This document shows, one piece after another, positions 35,507 through 45,600 of a stretch of 64,000 nucleotides of DNA. The notes under the pieces were generated by a model. The model made no database searches. It was given only the letters and a program-made list of their open reading frames with translations, and was not told the DNA's origin. The position numbers and the translations under genes were made by a program. The stretch covers positions 62,001-126,000 of the forward strand of contig DF237060.1 of the NCBI GenBank assembly GCA_000708835.1, given 5' to 3'. The DNA is from Klebsormidium nitens. Lineage: Eukaryota; Plantae; Klebsormidiophyceae. How positions within the stretch are numbered: position 1 is the first letter of the stretch; each line of letters starts with the position of its first letter.

Positions 35507-36508
35507 ATGGACACTTTGCCGAGCGACGTGCTGCTTGCCCTTGTTCACAAGCTGGCAGCTCAGGACCCGCTCGCCCTGCTGACTGCCACCTGCGCCAGCA
35601 AGGCTTTCCTGCGTGTGAGTGATGAGCATCCGAGGGTCTGGAAGGACATCTTTTACGACTCAGGGGCTGAACAAGAAAGCGATACTAATTGTCAGCTTGA
35701 AAACAAGAAGCCGGGGTTGGATGCTGAGATAGAGTCTATGGGCGGTTTCAAACAGTTTGTGGCAGCACGATATGCAGCAAACTTTCTCCCTGCATCCACC
35801 GCGGTTGAAAAAAGCCAGGCGAAAAGGCGCTGCTTGGGTGTCGGCATTGATCCTCGCGAGGGCTCTGTGAAATCGACGGATGATTTCAAGGAGCCCAGCA
35901 TGAATTGCAAGGTTCTCATTTTGATTCGTCTGCAAGGGAGTATAGTCTTGTGGGGTCTGCATACGGCAGCAAATGAGGTTACTCAGGGCTCCTTACTTGT
36001 TGGACTCTCCGAGTCCCATTTAACCGTGCTCAAAGCCCAATTGCAACCCCTAATCACGACTGATCACTTCGTGGAAGCCATGCGAAAGGAACGCGGCCGC
36101 CGCTGCGCGACACGTGGCAAGAAAGGCCTCTGCAGAAAGTTGTCGCTTGAGCTTTTCGAGCTGCAGCCACGTCAGATAGCACGTGGCGGGTCGGTCATTG
36201 CAGGGCTGTGGACTGGACCTCTGGAATTCTGCGAGTTTCAGACATTCAAGGCACTTGCTTTCAACCTGAGAGGCCGGCTACTACAGACCTGCGGGGTGGT
36301 CGAATCGCGCTCCGATGGAGAAGCACTGCGGGCAATCGTGGACCTTGGATCGCGACCGACGTCACAAAGGGAGAGGGAGATTTGGGGCCATGACGTATAC
36401 ATTTGGACAGAAGAAGACCCCGACTTCTGCTGCTCGGTGTGCGAGTCAGATTGGGCGGTCAAAGAGCTGAAACTCACGGTACAGTTATGCAACTACAACT
36501 CGTTGTAA
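35507..36508 (+). CDS. F-box-like family copy 8 (intact, intronless, 333 aa)
   Basis: Single ORF with all motifs, from MDTLPSDVLL to FCCSVCESDW. Confidence 0.85.
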   Translation: MDTLPSDVLLALVHKLAAQDPLALLTATCASKAFLRVSDEHPRVWKDIFYDSGAEQESDTNCQLENKKPGLDAEIESMGGFKQFVAARYAANFLPASTAVEKSQAKRRCLGVGIDPREGSVKSTDDFKEPSMNCKVLILIRLQGSIVLWGLHTAANEVTQGSLLVGLSESHLTVLKAQLQPLITTDHFVEAMRKERGRRCATRGKKGLCRKLSLELFELQPRQIARGGSVIAGLWTGPLEFCEFQTFKALAFNLRGRLLQTCGVVESRSDGEALRAIVDLGSRPTSQREREIWGHDVYIWTEEDPDFCCSVCESDWAVKELKLTVQLCNYNSL

Positions 36509-37921
36509 ATCCTGTTGTGTTCCCCGGAACCTACACGTATACCCCTGGAACGATTTGACAGCATTTAAGAGAACACAATCTCGAGGGTACGAGAAACCGG
36601 CTGACTGTATCTTTAGAGAGCCTCTTTGTGCGAATCTCTCCGCCGTTCAAGCCCTCTGGAACACCGGAGGTCTACGGCCCCTTGACATTTTTAAATAGAC
36701 AGCGGTTGATGCACTTTTTGCACGTAGATTGCAGGCGTACCGTTCGTGCAGGTCCTCATGTTTGCAATTTTGTTCTTTGCGCAAGAAGTTCCAAGGCAGC
36801 TTGTCTACAATAGGGGTGACTCTTCTGCCTGGTCGGGGTGAGAGTATCAATCATACAGGCTTCGCTATTGCAGCTAGATTTTTGCCGCGAGACAGCTCAC
36901 AAATTCAAGCTGTCGACGATTGAGCTGAACATTCGTGCAAGTACGCGGGAGCACGCAAGTCCGCGGGCATATTGTCAACAATCTTTGCTTGCATGCCGCG
37001 ACATCTGCAGTGCATAGTCCCATTCTGGAAACATGACACCTGTCGATCATAGATCTGTATGCCGTGTCTTCGATTTATCCACTTTTTCCTTCGGTACCGT
37101 GCAATATTCTCCAGGTGGGTGCTGCTCAACATTCGCAGATATATCTCATTTTAACGGCAATCACTCAAGCACGTTTCATAATGCCTTTGCAGAAAGGGAT
37201 TCTAGGCTTTCCCCAAACTCACGTGACCACCAAAACCTCCGTTATATGCACATGCGCTGGTGCGTGACCGAACTTGTTTCAATATAGCATGAAGCTTGGT
37301 GCACATTACACATAAGCTCCTCGCAAGCAAAAGCGCCGGTGTGGTTTGCAAGTTGATTCAAAGGCTCGAGTCTTCCAACGAATGCACGAATACACGATCC
37401 AGCTTGTACTGAGGATTCTAACATGCAAGCGCAAGCTCCAGAATGCATATTCACAATATCGTTCTGCGTGCGCAAAGGGGCGCGAAGCTTAGCCTTAAAT
37501 CAGAAGGAGAGACTCAATCGCACTTAAAAAAGCTGCTATGCTCTAATTCCTACGATAGACGACATCTCCACCTTGAGCCAGCGGTTTTCATTCTGATGGG
37601 TTCAATCTGAGCAATCATAACGGTCTAAGCTCCAAGTGAGCACCACCGTCGGGGGTTAGACTTCTGCAAGTCGTGTAGGGGAAATATCTTTCGACCCGGG
37701 CATTGAATACGCACACGAAAAGCACGCAGCTGGCCAGTGAAAAGTCGAACATATACAAAAACTTCTCAGATACAAACATCACAGACTCGACTTTGACGAG
37801 ACCGTCACTCTGATGTCTAAACCAACCGGGTTAGGTACGGGGGCATTCCTACTACTGTTCCTAGGCTTTGCCTCCTTCACGTCATTGCCTCAAAAACCTT
37901 TTCTGAACCACTCTTTTCTTT

Positions 37922-39490
37922 TCACTCGTCGTTCGAAGAAACATTCGGACCAAGCGCCGTCTGCTGAGCCGACAAGTCTACTTGCTGCAGAAGGAACAGA
38001 GCAACGGCGTCAGATCGGCTCCATGAACACAAAACGTTTCTTCGAAAGTATTAGCTGCATGTAATACCCCAACCTGACCATTAAGTTCCTAATATTGGGT
38101 CTGCGCAGTCTGACGTCATAAATCGCAATTGTCGACGGATTTCGGCTACGAAGTTCTTTGCGAGGAAACGGAGTAAAGAGGCTCAATAAACGAGCGAAAT
38201 ATCTCAAATCTTAAAAAAGTCTTCTGTGGGGTCGACTAGCAAGGTTGAGGACACAAGGGTGATAGGCTGTGGTCCTTCTTTGAATACACAGCACCCACGA
38301 AGCACATAGTGTTCGGGAAGAAGCACTGCACAGCACCAACAGAGCAAACAACCTCTGCCTCGAAACGTGAAGGGGATAACGCGAGAGTCTCAATGGCTTA
38401 CGTCATCTTGTTCTTTGTCAGACAATCGCTGCTCGAAGTTGCCTCCTGCTGCTTTCACTGGATTGGGGTTGTCGTTGGGGTTGTTGTCGTCTCCCTGCCT
38501 TGAAGCATCCCCTATCCGAGCAGCAGTCTCCTTGTCGTCCTGATTGGGAGAAAAAGAGGCGACAAGTTTGCGGTCAGGTCATGACTCAGGATTCGTGACA
38601 AAAGGCAAGAGGCAATGAGCTTCCTTGATCAAGCGAGGCGCTGATGAGTGACTGGACATTTACCAAGATCGTTGCAACCTTAGAAGGTTGACTGCTTCAT
38701 GTGCAACACCTCATTTACACAGACCAGCTTTCAGTGTGCCATCAAGCAGACACGTGATTCCAGGTCCTCGAAATGCAGCCATGAGCGTGGCAACTCGTTA
38801 GATAATTGAACAAATGAGAGAGTTGTCAACCCACCAGCACTGGCTCTGAATGACCCTTCTCGGAAGGCAGAGGTTGGTCCATTTCGGTACCCTGCAACAA
38901 ATCAGGAGAAGTTTAGTGCAGTGAGAGACAATGGAAGGGATTGGACAAGCATCAACTGTTTAAAACTTATCAACCGCATAATAAGATCCACACACAGTCA
39001 TATGCCTTTAAGAGGGAACAAGAAACTTTACAGCAAAATCAAGCCTTCCTGACTATCAAAAGCCCATCTCAGTCATCAGTGAGGTGCTAGAGTTTGAAGC
39101 AAGGAGAAAGAAACCATAAGAACTTTCGATTCGACCAAAGACGTCTGAATACAAGGTGTACAACAGAGCAACCAATTCTATGTTCGGCAGACTGACGGGG
39201 AATACTCATACTGGTACCTGAAAGAACCAGGTCATCACTGCAGAGCTTCCGAAAAGAATCCATGCCATGTCTCAAAACACTAGCTGCAAAGATGACCTTT
39301 TTGCATAGACTTTCTGCATGTTTGAGGACCCAACAACAATGCTAAGTCTCACAACATGCAAAAACGCTTGGCTCACCCTTGGTCTCGCAGGAATGTCATA
39401 CTCCTTCAGATAGTCGCCTTCCGAAACACTGGGTGGTTTTCCGCTGATGACCTTCTCATCCTGCCCGTGCGTAGCCTTATGCGACGCCAT
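37922..39490 (-). CDS. Small 4-exon hydrophilic orphan protein (123 aa), not recovered as a gene by the ORF track
   Basis: Exons 39490-39377, 38891-38835, 38539-38402 and 37984-37922. All junctions are phase 0 with donors GTGAGC, GTGGGT, GTAAGC and YAG acceptors. Translation: MASHKATHGQDEKV...PARPR|GTEMDQ...EPVL|DDKETAA...EQDD|QVDLS...SSNDE*. Confidence 0.6.
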
Positions 39491-40033
39491 GTTGTCTCCT
39501 TCCTTTCTACTTCCTCAACTGGTGTCTGGACCGAATGAAAGAGAAAGAAGGATCAGGGCGCTTCCCGACGTTAGTCCAAAAAAGAGTTTTCTTCTTTTGT
39601 CCTGCTGTGTCCTGCCGCTAAAAATCAGTGCAAGGTGGCCTCAGCCTGAGCTCGAGTTCACTGTTCAGGTCTGCATGCAGACTCTGCAGCTGCCACGTGT
39701 TGTCCGAGTCTGACGGCCCGCGTCAGTCGAGTCCGGTCGATCAATCGACGCGCCGCGCGCGGGCAGCCGTCGCGCGATGCCTAATGGAGCTGCAAGGGTT
39801 CCACGGGGGTTTGCCAAAGCTTGCTGCGCACACCGGCCATGGCTGCTCGCATTGCTCTTCTATTACTAATACTATGAATTTCTGATTCACTTTTGCACGT
39901 CGATGATGGTGGATTCCGCTGTTCCTGTGAAGTCATTGCTGTAGGAGCGCGCTGTTCAGGGATAGAGGGATCTCTGGGAGGAGGGCACCACCATCAAGCA
40001 AGTGGAGGAGCCCTTGCTCCTCCGCCTTCCTGA

Positions 40034-41170
40034 TTGGCGGGCGCCATGGCGGGCGTGGTGGTTGTTAGGCAAGCGGCCAATTGCTGTCTCAGGGATTTAG
40101 AGCCAGCCAGCAGAAAAAGATGGTCGAACAGACCGGTGTCCCCAAAGTTGGCCAGCGCGCTGGTAGACCAATCAGCGAGGAAGTTGACAAGGACCACACC
40201 AGCTCGGTGTCAAGGCGCCAAATCCCTTGCAAATGTGAAGAGCACACCAAACGAAAGGTTTGAACTTGCAGGAGTTCGGGACCAGATAGGGGACAGAGAA
40301 TGCAGGGCAGTTGCTGGAACAAGACAACCTTCAGAACTGAGCACAAAACCAGTCAGTCAAGCTGCCACCACTTTGATCCTGGGCCTTGCTGCACTCCTAT
40401 TGGCTGGAGGCGCGACGGAACCCGCCGTAGCCGCAGAACTGAACTCAAACCTGGGATCGAACCTCGCCGCCAGCTTTGACCTCTTTGAGGACCTCGGCAA
40501 TCTGCGGGAGGGCTTTGTGTCCGCATTCCTCCTGATCTTCTTCTCTGAGATTGGCGACAAAACATTCTTCATTGCCGTGTTGCTCGCGCTGAAGCGGAAC
40601 AAGGTGGCTGTGTTTGCCGGGACCTTTGGGGCGCTTGCGGTCATGACGTTCATCACAGTGATCCTGGGGCGAGTCTTCCACGTCATTGACGAGGCCCTTC
40701 CGTTTGATAAGACGTGGGAGGCTGAGATTCCGCTAGACGATGTAGCCGCCGTGCTTCTGCTGATCTACTTTGGACTGTCCACTCTGAAAGACGCGTACAC
40801 AGCTGAAGAGGGCGATGGGGACGAGGAGAAGGAGTCCGCGGAAGCTGCGGTAGCGTCCTTTGGAGATGGGGCGGCAGCACTGTCGGGTTTCGATTTTGGC
40901 ACTGTAGCAGCTACATTCGCGCTTGTATTCGCGGCGGAATGGGGGGACAAGTCTTTCTTCTCGACGATAGCTTTGGCAGCTGCAGGATCACCGCTTGGGG
41001 TTGTCGGTGGGGCGGTGGTCGGTCATGGTGTTGCAACTGTGCTCGCAGTAGTTGGGGGTTCAATACTTAGCAGGTACATCTCTCCAAAGATCATCGGGTA
41101 TGCAGGAGGGTCTTTATTCCTGGTCTTTGCTGCAGTCACCCTTTTTGACATCACTAGCAAGCTTCCGTGA
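40034..41170 (+). CDS. PAM71: GDT1/UPF0016-family chloroplast Mn2+/Ca2+ transporter, PAM71-like (378 aa, intronless)
   Basis: Two UPF0016 signature motifs (IFFSEIGDKTFF and VFAAEWGDKSFF), a transit-peptide-like N-terminus, and the segment GRVFHVIDEALP...PLDDVAAVLLLIYFG typical of the PAM71 clade. Confidence 0.9.
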   Translation: MAGAMAGVVVVRQAANCCLRDLEPASRKRWSNRPVSPKLASALVDQSARKLTRTTPARCQGAKSLANVKSTPNERFELAGVRDQIGDRECRAVAGTRQPSELSTKPVSQAATTLILGLAALLLAGGATEPAVAAELNSNLGSNLAASFDLFEDLGNLREGFVSAFLLIFFSEIGDKTFFIAVLLALKRNKVAVFAGTFGALAVMTFITVILGRVFHVIDEALPFDKTWEAEIPLDDVAAVLLLIYFGLSTLKDAYTAEEGDGDEEKESAEAAVASFGDGAAALSGFDFGTVAATFALVFAAEWGDKSFFSTIALAAAGSPLGVVGGAVVGHGVATVLAVVGGSILSRYISPKIIGYAGGSLFLVFAAVTLFDITSKLP

Positions 41171-42636
41171 GGGAACTTGATTGAGCTTGTATAGGTACCA
41201 TAGATAGACGCGGAAGGTTTGTTGAGGTCACTTTCGAATCTGGTTGGATCGAATCCGAGTACCTTGCAGCTTACAGCTCGCGGGACTTTGAAGGTATCTT
41301 GTCTTATTGGACATGGATATGTTTCTTACTGATCGCGGCAGGCGGCAGGTTGGGTTGAGAGCCTGAGCCTGTCAACAACGGTTGCTGACGATCTCGTTAC
41401 TCTGGTCACATACTAATGCTTTCATCATGGCTGAATGTAAAGCGTCCAAAAATGATAAGTGATGCTGAATCTGCTATCCCCATGGCTTTCTGGCTTTATG
41501 CATTCTGAAAAGATCCAACAACTTGCATGTGCAGAAAACAGTGACAGGCAACAATGGACCCCTGCATGATGGGTCCCAATCTATAGGGAATAAATTTTTG
41601 ATATCAAGCACCTAGTCACCAAAGAGCTCTACTTGTCTCACGATAATGTTTCAGGGCCACAGCGACTCAACGTGCCGGAGGCATTCATCAGTGCATGCCA
41701 CTTGTTTGCGCCATCCCAAACAAATACATAGTATACTCACACACCCTAGGGGTCAAAATAATTGGAACCGAAACTTCAGTGCATGAATACATGACGACGC
41801 GCCGACGGCGGCAGTTTCTCAATCACGATCACTTAGTTGTACTGGCCTGGCCGCATATATGCGCACTACAGCATGTGCGATTAAGGGAATTGCATTGGGC
41901 GCCAGGATCGAGGACGATCGTGACATGCTGGCCGCCATGTGCCGTGTGCCATGTCTGCGCAGCATGATGCCGCTCGGCCGGGCGGCCCGCTCAGTGACTT
42001 AGTACACGCATGTATATGCATGTCTTGCATCCGGCTGAATATTGCTAATCGATATCTTTATAATTTGAAAAGCGTATCTAGGTTCTGTGGACACTTAACT
42101 CATTGAGCACTCGATCACACTAGCTGTTAGTGCACACTCTTGTTGAGTTGAGGATGAGGGCGGCAGAATGCATGACAAGCACACATAGCTGCAACTGCGC
42201 AGACTTGTATTGCTTGCCAGAAGCTGGAATTACAAAAACAAGGCCCATTGTTGAGTCTTCCATAAAGCAGAAAGGCCAGGTTCAAAAGCTCCTGTGAAGA
42301 GAATCCCGCTTGTGTTTCTTAAGGGCTCAGACAGGATTGATTGTCGAGTCGCCTGGGGCGATCGATGACGCTTGTAGACCATGTTGAAGTTGCACGTTCG
42401 TATACGACAACAGTAATGTCACCGTCTAAGCTCCGCAGAGGCAGCGATTTACAACCACAAGTGCAACATGGTAGGCTGCTGTAAGCAGGGGACAAGGAAG
42501 CAGGAGAAGGCGGTTCCTTCTAGCACTTTTATCATGTCCCCTTTGGAGTATCAACAGGTCCAATTAGTTCTGGCAGTGTTTACCTATCCTCCTTCGAGTA
42601 TCCTCTTTCAGTTGTGCCACTGTGCTTCCGAACAAG

Positions 42637-45600
42637 TTACTGATCCGGCATCAGACGTTGCCTTCTGGGCCTGATTACCCTGTCAATGATGCCGTACTCC
42701 TGAGCCTCCTCTACGTTTAGGTACTTTACTCGGCTCAGATCCTTCTCAACCTGCACCAAATTCAGCCTCGTTCAGTGCCGATAAAACACAAAAACAAGAC
42801 AGGAACTGTCCGCTCAAACAGATTGCGGCAGCTGAACGTACTAGAAAACGACTTTTGTTCATTGGAAGGCAGAACACATAACAAGGAGCAACACCAAGCT
42901 TCGTGCTCCAAGATGGTCATCAACGACGGCCACTCTTGAGAAGGCAGCAACTAAGAAGGCGGCAATCCAATGCTCACCACTTCGTATGGCTTTCCCGTCT
43001 TTTCCGCTAGTACGTTGAAAAGGTACTGCTTCGTCCGGATGAGTTCTTGGGCCTCGTTCTGGATGTCCGACGCCTTGCCTCGGGCCGCGCCTGACGGCTG
43101 GTGCAGCATGATCCGAGCTCGAGGGAGGGCGCTCCGCCGGCCCTGCAAAAGGGAGGCGGCCGCTCAATCATTCTTTCGTCCCGGTCTGCTTAAAGGAATC
43201 CAGACAATCATGTGGGACTTTAAGGGGCTCACATGAGCCGGCTGGAGGGGGCGGTGGTCTGAAACATCCGTCAATTTTTGGAAGCGGAAATAGTGCCACC
43301 CATGCCAATCGGACCCCTTGCCACAAAGCAGAAGTTAGACCCCTTCAAAGTACCCTACTCAGCAAAAAACACGATTTTATGATCGGGCATGATCAGGCGT
43401 GTTAGAAACAGATAGCGCAGGGTGTTGCAGAAACTTGCAGGCACTTCGGCCCCACCTGCAGAGTATGCAATCACAGCAACCGTTGTCTTTAGGACGGTAC
43501 TGTGCCAGCTTTTGTGTTAATACTTTGCGCAGCAGGCACGAGATGCACAAATAAAAGGCCTTAGGCCAATTTTCTTGCACATGCCAGACAGGTTCCGCCA
43601 AAACAGAGCACCAGAGCCAAGACCCGGGACTGCGCGAGCTCCTTGAGCGGACTTCTCTTGAGCTCGTCAGCAAGCAGACCACGTCAACGACTCGGAAGCC
43701 AGGCAGAAAGCCTCTCCTTCAACTCCTACGTCACAAAGACAGAATAGTTGATGCAAAACGAGCACATAAACGGAGAAAAGACAGATAATTGAAGTCGAAC
43801 AAGGTCTTGGCACCGACCTTCGTCCCGGCGGCAAGCAGAAACGCGGCGATCGACCAGGCGTGCCCGAACGCCACCGTCCCGACTTGGCTCTTGAGTGACG
43901 TCATGGTGTCGTAGATCGCGAGCGCGGGTGAGATCTCGCCTCCCGGGCTGTTGATGTAGAGCACCTGCGGCTTGTCGTCCAAGCTGTCCAGGTACAGCAT
44001 GGTCGCGATGATCTGGTTGCCGAACTCTTCGTCGATAGCCTGGCCGACGAACAAAATGCGCTCCCGGTACTGCAGAAAGGAAAGAAGGGAACCAATGAGA
44101 CATTACAAGTTTGCAACAGCCCTCGATGCTCTTTGTTGGGAGGTTTTTTGATTGATTGTCGAACTCTTGGTCTATGGCCTGGCCGACGAAGAAAATTCGC
44201 TCCCGACACTGAAAGGAGGAGCGATACGTACGATTATTAGGAAATGGGAGGGTTAGGAACGGGGAAGGACACTTCACAATGTCTGGTTGCCGAACTCTTC
44301 GTCGATGGCTTGCCTGATGAACAAAATGCACTCCCGATACTGCAAGGAAGAGGTTAAACTGAGAGTGTTTACATGAACTCTCTGCAAGAAATTCTGTGAC
44401 AATAAGAAAAAGCCTCCGGCATATTTGAGGAGTTGAAAAATTGCCGAACTTTTCGTCGATGGCCTGCCCGATGAACAAAATGCACTCCCGGTACTGAAAG
44501 ATGGAGTGATACGTATGATTATTCGGAAGTGAGAGGGTTAGGAACGGGAAGGACAGACTAGTTGCTACTTGTGGCAGTTCGCAAGTGCTGGTTGGAATTC
44601 CTCGTCGATGGCCTGCCCGATGAACAGAATGCGCTCCCGGTACTGCAGGTAGAGGATAAAATGAGAGAACCTACGTGAAACGTCTGCAAAAAGGTCTGCA
44701 ACGAGAAGAAAAGCCTCTGAATTTTGTGAGGAGTGACGATTGATGGATTTGCCGCACTCGTCGTTGGACTGTCTGATGAAGAGGATGCGCTCCCAGTACT
44801 GGACACGATAGCGGAGAGTCAGAGTATGGTATGAGAGTAGTGTATGACAAAAGGAAAGGGTGCGCTGGAAGAGAGTATGTTTTCTACAGATAGCAATCGA
44901 GATCTTCGTCGAAACCTGCAGGATGAACAGACTGGGCTCCCAGTACTGCGGAGAAAAGGAACAGATATGAGAACGTTGAGGGACAGATCGTGCGCGCTGG
45001 AAAGAGGTTTCCAGTTCTCTATTCAGGTGGCAGACTGCAAGACTCTTCAATGATGGACTAGCCGATGGACGAAAGTGCTCCCATAACTGTTAGGAGGACA
45101 CTGTTTGTGAAAGAAGGTGCAACAATCTGATTTACACATTGCCTTTGATCCACTGCTCACACAACAGAAGGGGCGTTCAAAGTCTCAACCCTGCCAACTA
45201 GAAGGAAAACCTTTACGCTGTTCACAGGAAACTTACGCTGTTCACAGGGAACTGCGCCGTTGCAGGAAGTTTGTACTCATCATTCTTTACACGTGGCTGT
45301 AATCTAGTCTCTGACATCCCCGTCAGATGGACTGCGTTGTAGAAAAGAAAGGAAAGGGCTCCCAAGAGTGTGCAGAAGGAGTACAAATTGCCTTTGCAGA
45401 GGGAATTTTGGGGGCAAAGTGTCATTTGGAGATTAAAAGAGGTGCAGCAAAGTAATAGTCTGACTGGCGCAGCCCTCGCTGGATGTCCGGTTGAAGGACT
45501 GCCTTTCCGACCGCGCAAGAGGAGAGAGGAGAACGATTGCTTAGGTGAGCGCTGCGCCGCAGATTGAAGGGTTTGCTATGTAGCGGGTTAAGTCGGTTGC

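Larger units (their letters stand above)
31100..37800 (+). repeat. Tandem segmental duplication (about 3.5-kb units carrying F-box copies 7 and 8)
   Basis: The flanks align, for example TATGCTTCTGTCCA...CATGGCGTGA near 31205-31270 and 34700-34760, and CACACGAAAAGCACGCAGCTGGCCA near 34358 and 37713. Confidence 0.8.

Noticed and set aside
43726-45050. ORF-track entries with several ClpP-like fragments suggesting extra or tandem Clp genes
   Set aside because: They are chance read-throughs of intronic echoes of one exon start. Each has only about 18 codons of similarity and no downstream Clp sequence.
44152-45089. CRISPR-like repeat-spacer appearance of the echo arrays
   Set aside because: The context is eukaryotic, the repeats are divergent exon copies of about 55 nt, the spacers are related to each other, and there are no cas genes.
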